From Ostreococcus lucimarinus (lineage: Eukaryota), in the NCBI GenBank assembly GCA_000092065.1, contig CP000589.1: DNA of 64,000 nucleotides, one strand, 5' to 3'. A program made the position numbers and the translations under genes. The notes under the pieces are model-generated. The model did not search any database and was not told where the DNA came from. It saw only the letters and a program-made list of their open reading frames with translations. Shown here piece by piece: positions 28,001-37,900 of the stretch. The stretch's first letter is position 1; each line of letters starts with the position of its first letter.

Positions 28001-29500
28001 CTAGTCGACGTTCGATCGCACGAGATCGTCGAGATCTTCCGGCCCCCAGTCGTCGTCTTCGTCCTCGCACGCCTCGTCCCAATCGCCGTCGACGCACGCG
28101 ACGTCGTCGTCGAAATCGATTTCGTCGCACGCGTCGTCGCGCGCGATGTTCATTTTCGCCGTGAGCGCGCGTATTAAACTCGCCTGCATGGAGTTGAGCG
28201 TCTGCACGTTTTCAATCGTGCCTTCGAGCGCGCCCGCGTGCACGGCGGCGCCGAGCGCGACGGCTTCGTCGGGGTTGACGAGCGATACGTTTGGCTTTCG
28301 ACCTAGAGTGTTTTCGACGAACCGTCGCACGCACGGCGATTTCGTCGCGCCGCCGACTAGGAGAATTTGATCGAACGGTCTTCCCGCCGCGCGTGACGCA
28401 CCATCTTTCTTCAGCGAGTTCTCCATGATGGCTTCCAAATCGACCCCCGCGCTGTCCGCGGCGGCGCTCACGGGACGCCGCATGCGGCGAAGGACGTCGA
28501 TGACGAGTTTTTCAAACAGTGAGCGAGTGATGATGCGCTTACTCCCATCAGGCATCGGCACCTCGACCTGCTCTTGATCACTCAACGCCTCGCGCGCCTT
28601 GCGAGCGACGCTCAACGCGCCTCTGGGATCGACGTCGGCGCCGAGCGATTTCGCCTCGGACGCGAGCCAAACCGCGATGATGCGATCAAAGTCGTCCCCG
28701 CCTAAGTTTGGGTCGCCACCCGTGGCTAACACCTCCACGGTTCCACCGCCCACCTCCAGCACGCTCACGTCGAACGTCCCTCCCCCGAGATCAAACACGA
28801 AGACGGTTTCGTCTTCGTCCACGTCCACGCCGTACGCCAACGCCGCGGCGACGGGTTCCTTCAGCAACCGCACGACGTTCAACCCCGCGAGATGTCCCGC
28901 GCGCGTCGTCGCTTCCATTTGCAAATCATCAAAGTACGCCGGCACCGTTATCACCGCCTTATCGATCGTCGTTCCTAACTCGGCCTCCGCCGCGTCCAAC
29001 AGCGTTCGCAGCACGTGCGCGCTCGCCTCCTCCGGTAGCACCAAGTACTCTTCCCCGCTCTCATCCACCGCCGCGATCGCCGCAAACTTCGTCTCGGGGT
29101 GTGGGACGACCCTGTACGGCACGTCTTTCGCCTGCGCCTTGCATTTTTTGTACTTTCGTCCGATGAACCGTTTCACGCTGTGCAGCGCGTTGCGCGAATC
29201 CTTTTGCATTCTTTTCTTCGCCTCTACGCCCACCGTCACCGCGCCGTCGGGGCCGAGGGCGACGACGGACGGAATCGTGCGAAGGCCTTGACACGGCACG
29301 ATCTCCGCGCGGCCGTCGCGGACGATGGCGACGGCGCTATTCGTCGTGCCGAGGTCGATGCCGCAAATTGAGCATCGAATCGACGCGGGCGCGGAGCGGC
29401 GTGAAACCGGGGCGCGCGAGCGCAGCGCGCGCGAGGGGGACGTCGACGACGTCGCGGTCGACGCGCGGTGAGGGGTGACGGCGCGCGAGGGCGCGAACAT
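28001..29500 (-). CDS. Hsp70-family ATPase consisting of the nucleotide-binding domain only, with presequence and acidic tail
   Basis: Hsp70 NBD motifs: IDLGTTNSAVA, VITVPAYFDD, VFDLGGGTFDVSVLEV, ILLVGGATKSPCVRRFVE, VNPDEAVALGAAVHAGAL. The ORF ends ~70 aa after the NBD with an acidic tail (DEIDFDDDVACVDGDWDEACEDEDDDWGPEDLDD) and no substrate-binding domain. The ORF-track start at 29596 is TTG; the first ATG is 29498-29500 (MFAPSRAV..., Ser/Thr/Arg-rich leader). Confidence 0.75.
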   Translation of the reverse strand: MFAPSRAVTPHRASTATSSTSPSRALRSRAPVSRRSAPASIRCSICGIDLGTTNSAVAIVRDGRAEIVPCQGLRTIPSVVALGPDGAVTVGVEAKKRMQKDSRNALHSVKRFIGRKYKKCKAQAKDVPYRVVPHPETKFAAIAAVDESGEEYLVLPEEASAHVLRTLLDAAEAELGTTIDKAVITVPAYFDDLQMEATTRAGHLAGLNVVRLLKEPVAAALAYGVDVDEDETVFVFDLGGGTFDVSVLEVGGGTVEVLATGGDPNLGGDDFDRIIAVWLASEAKSLGADVDPRGALSVARKAREALSDQEQVEVPMPDGSKRIITRSLFEKLVIDVLRRMRRPVSAAADSAGVDLEAIMENSLKKDGASRAAGRPFDQILLVGGATKSPCVRRFVENTLGRKPNVSLVNPDEAVALGAAVHAGALEGTIENVQTLNSMQASLIRALTAKMNIARDDACDEIDFDDDVACVDGDWDEACEDEDDDWGPEDLDDLVRSNVD

Positions 29501-29667
29501 CGCGCGAGTGTGTGGGGGCGGGGACGACGCGCGCTGACGAGGCGAGCGCGGCGACGGACGCGCGAAACAATCGTGGCTAAATGTCGCGCAATACAACGTC
29601 GGAGCGCGCGCGAACGGTGCGCACGTGGTCGCGAAACGACGTCGAGCGTCGCGATCGCGGGGCGTCG

Positions 29668-32600
29668 CTAAGGCCCGCGCGATTTGATTGGCGATTGCGC
29701 GGGCGTGTTCGCCGCCGACGGCAACCGACTCGACGGGCGCGGGACGACGGCGAAGGCGTCGTCACCGAGCGACGATCCGATTTGAACCTTGACGGGCAGC
29801 GGCACGGCTAAATTGAATTCGTTCGCGACGGATTCCATGGCGTGTCGCACGATTTGTGCGATGGCTTTGGCGCTGCGCGCGTCGCACTCGAAAACGCACT
29901 CGTCGTGCACCGTCAACACGAGCTGACATCGTTCGATGAGATACTTTGTGCGCAAAGTATCGATGACGCGCACGACTGCGGTCTTGAAGATATCTGCCGC
30001 GCTGCCTTGGCACACCGTGTTCACCGCCTGCCGCTCCGCGGCGGCCCTGTCGTCGTTATTCTTTGAGTGCAAATCTGGAAAATATCTGTGCCGAGCGCTG
30101 ATGGTCGTCACTCGAGCGATTGGCTTTTCCTCTCGCGCGCGGATGACGATGCCGTCTAGCCATTCCATCAGACGTGGAAGCATAGATTTGAATCGAGCGA
30201 CCTCGGATTTCGCCGCTTCTTCGCACATGCGCAAATCAGATGCCAATTTCTTAGCTCCGCTGCCGTACAACAATCCGTATACCAAATTTTTGCAATTCGT
30301 TCGCTCTTCGGCGAGCACGGTGTCGGGGGCTTTTCTGTACCACTTGCTAGCGAGCATCGTAAACGGGTCGTCTTTTAAGTTGTTTGGTTCAGGATTTTGA
30401 AGCATGTGAATCAGCGTGCGATCTCCACTGAAGTGCGCCATGATTCGAAGCTCCAGCTGCGAATAATCCGCGCGAACGAACACCTTGGCCGCCGGGGGCA
30501 CGAAGGCGGACCGTATCGATATCTTCGGCGCGTCGAGGCCGTAGAATTGATCACCACACGTCATGTCGTGCGCTAGCGAGTGAAAATTTGGTTCGCTGTG
30601 CGCCAACCTTCCACAGTCGTGATTGGTTTGAAAGATGGAATAGCGAATGCGAGAGTCATCGGCGTACATGCCGAGAATGGTGTCGGCGAAACCGCGTCTC
30701 TTGAACACGCTCCTGTGTTCTATGATGAGCAACGGAAACGGATGATTACTTTGCTCGTAGAGCTTGCGCAAGTTGTTGGCGTCGATACTGGTCTTCGCGC
30801 CCGGCGGCGGCGTGAGTTTCAAATGTTTGTACAGACGATCTTGCAGGTAGGTGTTGTTCGTCAGCGCTCTGCGTGCGATCGACACCGAAGAATCGAGAAC
30901 TATCCATTTTTGTGTCAAAGCGTATTCCTCTAGCTTCTTGAGACGATCATCCATCGTCGCCATCTCCTCGCGCATCTTGCGTGCGTCGAAAGGAATTCGG
31001 ACGGTTTGCATCGCCACGATCGGAGCTACAAACGGCATTTCGATCTCCATGAGAGGTCGGAGAAGCTCTTTCTCTTGACACTCTTTCCAAGTTAGGTGAC
31101 CCATGGCGTAGCACGCCGCGGTTGCTCGCGATAACGGTTTTAGATGGTCTCGATCTTTACCAAATCGATCCACAATATGACACGCCGCCTCGACGCCGCT
31201 CGTCGCTTCGCCCAACTCGGCGCTAAAGAGTTTCATAAGCGGATCGGTCGGGTCTGTCCCACGCATCAGCGCATCGTGTGCGCTTGCTTTGACTTCATCC
31301 GCACTTGGACGAAGAAGCCACGCGGCGATACGCACGTCCACGCACGGCTGTGCGAAACAGAAGAGACGGGCGGCGTACGTACTCGCTCGCGCGTCGACAA
31401 TGTTGCAGAGCTGTGACTGCAAGTCGATCGTAAACTTTCTTGGGCCTTCTTTCGATAGAATCTCGAGCGCACGCGCGATAGGGATGCCGACTATCTCGCG
31501 ATTTCTGATCGCATTCTTCTGCTCGTGCCTGTCGTACAAAAGCTTGGCGATGAACACAGCGCGCGAATTCAACGCCACAGCGATGCGCGTCGGCTCCTCG
31601 AACGCTCGACGCTCCCCCGACGACTCGTGAACGCTTTTCGGCTGGAAAATCACGGAATATGCCGAGGAATCCTGCCATATGCTCAAGAACGTCTCGATAT
31701 CTTCCGAGGTTTCGAGCAAGGTTGTGCCGACTGCCGTTCGCACATCGAGTTCAATCGCCAGATCTAACGAGTTCTCATTCGCCATGCCGGCTTCGATTTC
31801 TCGTATCTCGGCTAATCTAGTCTCAGTCTCTTCGCGTTCCTCCCGCGTCTGCTCTGCTACAATTTCTCTGGCGCGAGCTAAAATCTCCCGAGCCGCTCGC
31901 ACGATGGCCGAGGGCGCCATGCCGTTCTTGTTGTACTGCTTCAACACGGCGGCGATTTTATCGACACTACCCAAAGTCACGATGGCTTTCGGCGTCGTGA
32001 TGCCTCCCGTGTACAACGCTCTGGCGCGATGAATTCCAATGTACGGAATTTTCGTCAATTCTAATATCTCTTCCTGTGCCCCAGCGGTGATTCGATCGCT
32101 GATTCTAGTGATTAAACCCTCCATGTCGCCCCAACCGAGAGTACCACAAATCGCCGCTACGTACGACGCGAAACGCGCACACGATTTTTGTTCCTCTAAG
32201 ACGTCGAACGCACGAACACCGTACTTGCTGGTGATACTTTCGATTGGAACTTCTTGTATCAAGTCCGTAAGAAACAATGCGACGTGAAAGCGCTGACATG
32301 CGAATCGCTGAAGCTGGTGAGCAATTGTGATGTCACGTTTGTTCGAGCGCAACCTTTGAACATAACGCTCGTCTATGCCAACCTTTTCCGCGATCCGTAA
32401 TTGCTCCGCGTTCAGATTCGACCAGAGCACTGCGAGTGCGTCCAGCGTCCTAAATTTGTTCAGATTCACCGGCGCCCCTTCGTCGTCGAGCACCGGTGGA
32501 GCAGTCAAGAGATAGAGTAAATGCAGTGGCGTGCTCAGTACCAAATCTTCGCGAGCCGTCTTCACGTCTCGAATGATTGGCTGCACTTGATCCAGAGGCA

Positions 32601-34731
32601 TCATACCTCCAGCCACGGCGTTTCCGAGCGCCGATGCGCTCCACAAATAAGCAGTCACATTCCAAACGAGAAGTGCATTCTTTTGGCACCACCGCAGCGC
32701 GTCGATGGCGGTTTGTCTCACGGACTCGTCAAAGTCGTTTAGCGCCGACAGCAAAGTACACTTGACGTAGTCCTGCACATCTGTGGGTATCTTCACTAAA
32801 CCAGCCGCGACCGCTTCGAGCATAATACGCCGCATGCCGACTTCGGCCACCGCGCTAGTGAGCTCATCAGACGGACCGTCGACGAGAGCGCACACGTTGT
32901 CTAATTCAGCGAGTTTCGGGCAAAATATGATCGCAGATCCACTGGTATCAAGTCCGGCACGACCGGCGCGACCTGTCATCTGCTGGATGTCTCGCGCATT
33001 CAGCTTTTTCCATCCCATATTCGTATCGCGAAGAATGACGCGTCGAGCTGGAAGGTTGACGCCGGTGGCGAGCGTACTGGTGCAGCACAAGACGCGAATG
33101 ACTCCGCGTTTGTAGGCGTCGGCCACAGCCTCGTTTTCCTCTCGAGAGAGTCCAGCGTGATGAAACGCGACACCATCTTTGATGTATGGAAGCACATCGC
33201 TCTTAGCACCGAGTGCGGTTTCATAGCCAACGACGATCTCGTCTCGCGACAACGTAGCGTTGTGGATTTGGCGCGGCACGGTGCACTGCATCATATTTCG
33301 AAGCTGATCTGCCAACGTCTTACACGCTGCTCGCGTCGAACAAAACACCAAAACCGATCCATCTTCATCGATCGTTTCCTGAGCGAGCTCTGCGATGTGT
33401 GCGTTGTCTGAATTCGGCGATTTATTCAGCATCGTCCGAATCACGTGCTTCGTCGCCGGATGGAAAATCTCGCAACCAACCTTGACGCACACTTCTAGTC
33501 TGATTGGACGAAAGTTCGTCACATAGAGCCGAGCGAACAACCAATCAGCGAGCGCTTTCAGGTTTGGGATCGAGGCGCTCATACCTATGATTTGCATCGA
33601 ACGCTGATCGCGCGTGCCACCGCGAGTGTTCCCGACTGAGTACGTTGTCTGACTTCCATCTTCGTCGCCTACAGTCGGCTCGCCGCTCGCTCGCGCTTTA
33701 CGCCTCCACAATCCACTCGCGTACACGAGTTTGGTAAGGAACAACTCCATCGTTGCCCCGCGATCATCGTCTTGAATCAAGTGCAGCTCGTCGACGATGA
33801 CGGCGCTCAGTTCGTGTAGCCGATTCTCTTCTAGCAGTCTCGACGTCACTTGGTTCGCCCGCTCTGGCGTGAGCACCAATAAGGTGTTCATCTTTGAATC
33901 GCTCGGAAACGCTCCGCCTCGCCCGCCGTACATCCTTCGCAATCGAAACTCCGTTCCCGCAAAGAGATTTTCTAAACTGTCCGCGCGCTCTTCGCAAAGA
34001 GCGACAAACGGCAACACAAACATCGCCACGCTCCCCGGTCGCTCGCGAAACCGACGCATCAATAGTAAGTCCGCGACGAGACTTTTACCCCCGCTCGTTG
34101 GTGCGCTGTACAACAAATTCACGCGCCCCTCCATCACCCCCGGCAGAGACAGGCACTCCATCTGCCACGGGTACAACTCTCGCACGCCCTTCGCCGCGAG
34201 CGCTTCGCGCGCAGACTCCGGCACGCCCCAAAACTCCAAGTCTCTCCGCCCCGTCGCCGTCACCGGACGTTCGATCGACGTCGACGCCTCATTTCCACGA
34301 CTCGCGCGCGCGTCATCCGTCGTTCTCGACCGCGACCGCGCCGACCGTTCCGCGCTCAGTCTCGCCGCGACCTCCGCGAGCGCTTCGTCGTCGACGTCGT
34401 CCAACAGCGTCTCAAGCCTTTCCGGCGTTTTCGCCCCACTGTGTCTCGAAAACCGCGCGGAATCCTGCGTCAACCCTCGCACGCGATCGCTGCGCGCGCG
34501 ATCGTCCGACCGTTCGGCGCTTCCGTCGTCGCGCGACGCGGCGACGTCGACGCGAGGCCGTTTCAACCGTTCATCGCGCGACTCGCTCGAAAACGCCTCG
34601 TTCGCCGCACGCCGTCGCGCGTTCTCGTCGTTCTCCCCCACGGTGTCGCGCATGAGGTCGACGATCATGGTCTCCGGGTCGAGCGACCGTCGACGGCGCG
34701 ACAGGCGACGCGCGGGCGTGGAGCCGGGCAT
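29668..34731 (-). CDS. DNA polymerase theta (helicase-like domain + family-A polymerase domain)
   Basis: N-terminal superfamily-2 helicase motifs (LLYSAPTSGGKSLVADLLL, VIVDELHLI, VAFHHAGLS, QMTGRAGRAG). C-terminal Pol A motifs (DYSQLELRIMAHFSGD, NLVYGLLYGSGAKKLA, LVLTVHDECVFE). 1687 aa; real ATG. Confidence 0.9.
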   Translation of the reverse strand: MPGSTPARRLSRRRRSLDPETMIVDLMRDTVGENDENARRRAANEAFSSESRDERLKRPRVDVAASRDDGSAERSDDRARSDRVRGLTQDSARFSRHSGAKTPERLETLLDDVDDEALAEVAARLSAERSARSRSRTTDDARASRGNEASTSIERPVTATGRRDLEFWGVPESAREALAAKGVRELYPWQMECLSLPGVMEGRVNLLYSAPTSGGKSLVADLLLMRRFRERPGSVAMFVLPFVALCEERADSLENLFAGTEFRLRRMYGGRGGAFPSDSKMNTLLVLTPERANQVTSRLLEENRLHELSAVIVDELHLIQDDDRGATMELFLTKLVYASGLWRRKARASGEPTVGDEDGSQTTYSVGNTRGGTRDQRSMQIIGMSASIPNLKALADWLFARLYVTNFRPIRLEVCVKVGCEIFHPATKHVIRTMLNKSPNSDNAHIAELAQETIDEDGSVLVFCSTRAACKTLADQLRNMMQCTVPRQIHNATLSRDEIVVGYETALGAKSDVLPYIKDGVAFHHAGLSREENEAVADAYKRGVIRVLCCTSTLATGVNLPARRVILRDTNMGWKKLNARDIQQMTGRAGRAGLDTSGSAIIFCPKLAELDNVCALVDGPSDELTSAVAEVGMRRIMLEAVAAGLVKIPTDVQDYVKCTLLSALNDFDESVRQTAIDALRWCQKNALLVWNVTAYLWSASALGNAVAGGMMPLDQVQPIIRDVKTAREDLVLSTPLHLLYLLTAPPVLDDEGAPVNLNKFRTLDALAVLWSNLNAEQLRIAEKVGIDERYVQRLRSNKRDITIAHQLQRFACQRFHVALFLTDLIQEVPIESITSKYGVRAFDVLEEQKSCARFASYVAAICGTLGWGDMEGLITRISDRITAGAQEEILELTKIPYIGIHRARALYTGGITTPKAIVTLGSVDKIAAVLKQYNKNGMAPSAIVRAAREILARAREIVAEQTREEREETETRLAEIREIEAGMANENSLDLAIELDVRTAVGTTLLETSEDIETFLSIWQDSSAYSVIFQPKSVHESSGERRAFEEPTRIAVALNSRAVFIAKLLYDRHEQKNAIRNREIVGIPIARALEILSKEGPRKFTIDLQSQLCNIVDARASTYAARLFCFAQPCVDVRIAAWLLRPSADEVKASAHDALMRGTDPTDPLMKLFSAELGEATSGVEAACHIVDRFGKDRDHLKPLSRATAACYAMGHLTWKECQEKELLRPLMEIEMPFVAPIVAMQTVRIPFDARKMREEMATMDDRLKKLEEYALTQKWIVLDSSVSIARRALTNNTYLQDRLYKHLKLTPPPGAKTSIDANNLRKLYEQSNHPFPLLIIEHRSVFKRRGFADTILGMYADDSRIRYSIFQTNHDCGRLAHSEPNFHSLAHDMTCGDQFYGLDAPKISIRSAFVPPAAKVFVRADYSQLELRIMAHFSGDRTLIHMLQNPEPNNLKDDPFTMLASKWYRKAPDTVLAEERTNCKNLVYGLLYGSGAKKLASDLRMCEEAAKSEVARFKSMLPRLMEWLDGIVIRAREEKPIARVTTISARHRYFPDLHSKNNDDRAAAERQAVNTVCQGSAADIFKTAVVRVIDTLRTKYLIERCQLVLTVHDECVFECDARSAKAIAQIVRHAMESVANEFNLAVPLPVKVQIGSSLGDDAFAVVPRPSSRLPSAANTPAQSPIKSRGP

Positions 34732-34936
34732 GATTGATGCGCGCGCGTAATCCAGGCACCTTTCGTCGCGCGCGCGCGTCTATCGCTCGGCGCGCGCGCG
34801 CGGCGCGCGCATGCGCCGAAGGGTGCGCGGCGATACGTTTTCGCGACGCGCGCGCGCGCGACGACGTCGCGGCGCGGCGCGGTGTGCGGCGCGTGGGTCT
34901 CGTCGGTCGAGTTTTTATGTGGATTCTGGAACAACG

Positions 34937-37900
34937 CTACGGCGCGGACGCTCCGGCGTTCGCGGCGTCGACGCCGGTGACGTCGCGCTTCAGGAGGTAG
35001 TGGGCGAATAAGGGTAAGTCTGGAAACGTGTGCGCGATGTAAGCCTCGACGATTTTGCGCGAAGACGTCCAAGGATCGGCGGCGGTGTCTTCGGGACGCA
35101 GGAGCACGGCGACGTTGGATCCGAGCGCGCGGAGCATCTCCGCGCGTTCGGCTTCGAGCGGCGGATGCTCGTGCATATTACGCGCGAAGCGCACCAGATC
35201 GAACAAACGATTGCCGTAAGAGTAATCCTTGGGTTCGTTTTGTCTCGGCGGAGGAACGACGTCGGCGGCGCGCTTGCCGCCGCGGCGGCGGTTGCGCTTT
35301 GAATTTGTCTTCGACGCAGCTTCCGCCGCGCGAGCCGCGCGGGCGTCTTCCCACGTCTGCTGCATGTTCGCCGTGCGTTGTGCGTACCTATCTGCGCGCA
35401 CTAGTAGAGATGGAACGACGAGAGACTTCCAGTTGCGAATCGATTGCGCCGCTCGCTCGGCTTGTCCAGGTCGCCCCTTCCAAACCGTCTGCGCGAGATC
35501 TGCTTCGTCCTTTTCCGAAAGAGAGTTCACGATGCGCCGATCGAAAATTTCTCGAACGGCTTCCATGCACTCTTCAACGTCCCAAAGCGCGGGGTGCTCG
35601 CAAACCTCCGTGGCGGTGGGACGCTCACGCGGATCCGGATCCAACATCCGGTGAAGGAGTTCGCGCGCCGCGACTGCGGTGTGCGACGGTAACATCGCGG
35701 TCTCGATCGCTTGAAGACTGAATTTGCCTTTTACGATGCGTTGATTTTCAAATCCAACGTCCAGCGCGGTGGATGCGCTCAGATCGAGTTCTTGCGTTGG
35801 GGATTTGTTTCGCGAATCCATCTTCCTCTCTTGCTTGTACGGCGATTGCAAACCAGTCATGATGGTGTACATGAGACATCCAAAACTCCAGACGTCAACC
35901 TTGGGCGTCAGGGGAGCGTTAAGCAACACTTCCGGTGGTCGACCTTGTAAACCAATGTTCACCCCGTACCCTTCAAAAGTTGTGAGCGAGTACGTGTTGC
36001 CATCCGTCGCCTTGTTTGCGTCCTTCAATCGCACCCCGAGGCCCAAATCCGCGAGCTTGAACTCGCCGTCCGCGCTCCGAAGGCAGTTGTCGGCTTTGAT
36101 GTCGTTGTGTGTTACACCGGCAGCGTGCACGTCTTCCACAGCTTGAGCGAGTTGTCGCACGGCATCCATGCGCTCGACGTGCGAGATCGCCGGCGCGCCG
36201 CCAGCAGTGCCCGCATTCTTCAGCCACGTCGCCAAAGACTCGCCGCACAGCTCCATGGCGGTGTAGATTGCCCCATCACCGCGGTCGACGTCAAGTTTAC
36301 TACCCAGTATATGCGTCGCCCGCGTGCTTCGCTCGTTCAAGTGCTTGTGAATGGCAATCTCTCTTTCAATCAATGACTTCATGTTGTCTCCGCGCTCGCC
36401 CGGCGGCAAGGGGATGCGCTTGATCGCGGCGTCGCGACGAACGACTCTGTTGCCCGCACCCTCGTCGTAATATCCCTTGAACACGACAGTTCCGAGCGAT
36501 CCTCGACCGAGAATTTCAGCCTCGTTATACCAAATATTACGTCCGGCGTTCACCCACCGATCACTATCCGAATCATTCCCAGACGTCGGCGCCGGTAAAA
36601 GTGAATCCGTGATTCGATGGGCACGAATGAACGCCTGTATCTGACGCTCCAAATTCTCTAGCTTCGTCTCCGCGCTACGCACAATGTCTTCGTCCACTCC
36701 CATATCTTTGGCTTGCGCGATTCGCTCGCGCAGCTTCACAGGGTCAACATCTTCTGCGGCGTGTAATAAATCTCTCGCCGCGCCTAGAGCGAGAACGCGC
36801 GCACGTCCAAGCTTGCTCGCCTTGGCTGCAGCGTCGACGTCCTCGGCATCCATTTGCAGCGCATCCATAAGCTCGGTAGAGATATCCTCTTCTTGTAATT
36901 CTTCCATGTTCTCATGCGACACTTGCAAAGCGCTCCCAGCCAGGCGCGCTTGGATGCGCGAAGAGAGCTCGTTCATGAGCTCCTCCATCTCCACCCCTTG
37001 CGCCTCGAGCGCCTGAGGTCCGCCCTCGATGGGCATGGGCGCCCCGGCGAACTCGTTGATGCGGTTGACTGTGTCTAAGAACGCCTGTCGGTGCATTTCT
37101 CCAAGCGCCGCGATTTGCTCGAGCTTTCCTAATTGCATACTAAACGCAGCCACGGACGGTTCGATTTGCGGCAGGTGTACTTCTGACATCCTTCCCTTGG
37201 CGTTCCACATCTCACGCAACAACACCTCAGCCTTGACCACGTCCGCATCGTCGCGTGTGTCCGTGATTTCTCTCGCGCGCGCCGTGAGCGCTTTCAGTTC
37301 AGCTCGAAGATCCGCCTTGCGCACCGCCGCTCTAAATTCGCGCAGCGCGTCGAAAATCTTTGTCACGGGCGGAAACACCTTCGCCTTGCCCTCGGGCGTA
37401 CCGTGGAACGCGATCAACTTGCGCTCTTCTTCAAGAATTTCTTCATCCGTCATCTCACCTCTAAGAAATCTGTGCGTGTGCTGCGTCGTCTCGACGATGG
37501 AATCACCGAACGATCTCGTCCTTGATCTCAAACGATTGATGAATCGCAAGCCACCAAAGATGGCGTTCATCAGAAACCATCGAGAATCGTGTTGCTTTCC
37601 TAAATAGGGCGCCGTATATTCATCAAACCACTTTCTCGCGCGCACGCTCGTCATCTCGCCAAACTTGTCGAGCTCACCCGCGGACATCATCTTCGTCACT
37701 TCCGGTAGCGTGAGGCCGTTGTGCGACCACTCGTTGAGCCACTGCTTTTGAATGTTGTCCAGTTGCCCGATGAAACGAGCGCTATGTTCTTCGATCGCAG
37801 CCGCACGCGTGAGATCGGTGAGATCGGACATGTACTCCTCCCACTGTTTTCCCACCGGCACGTTCGAACCGCGATGACCTGCAAATTCCAAGCCGCACAC

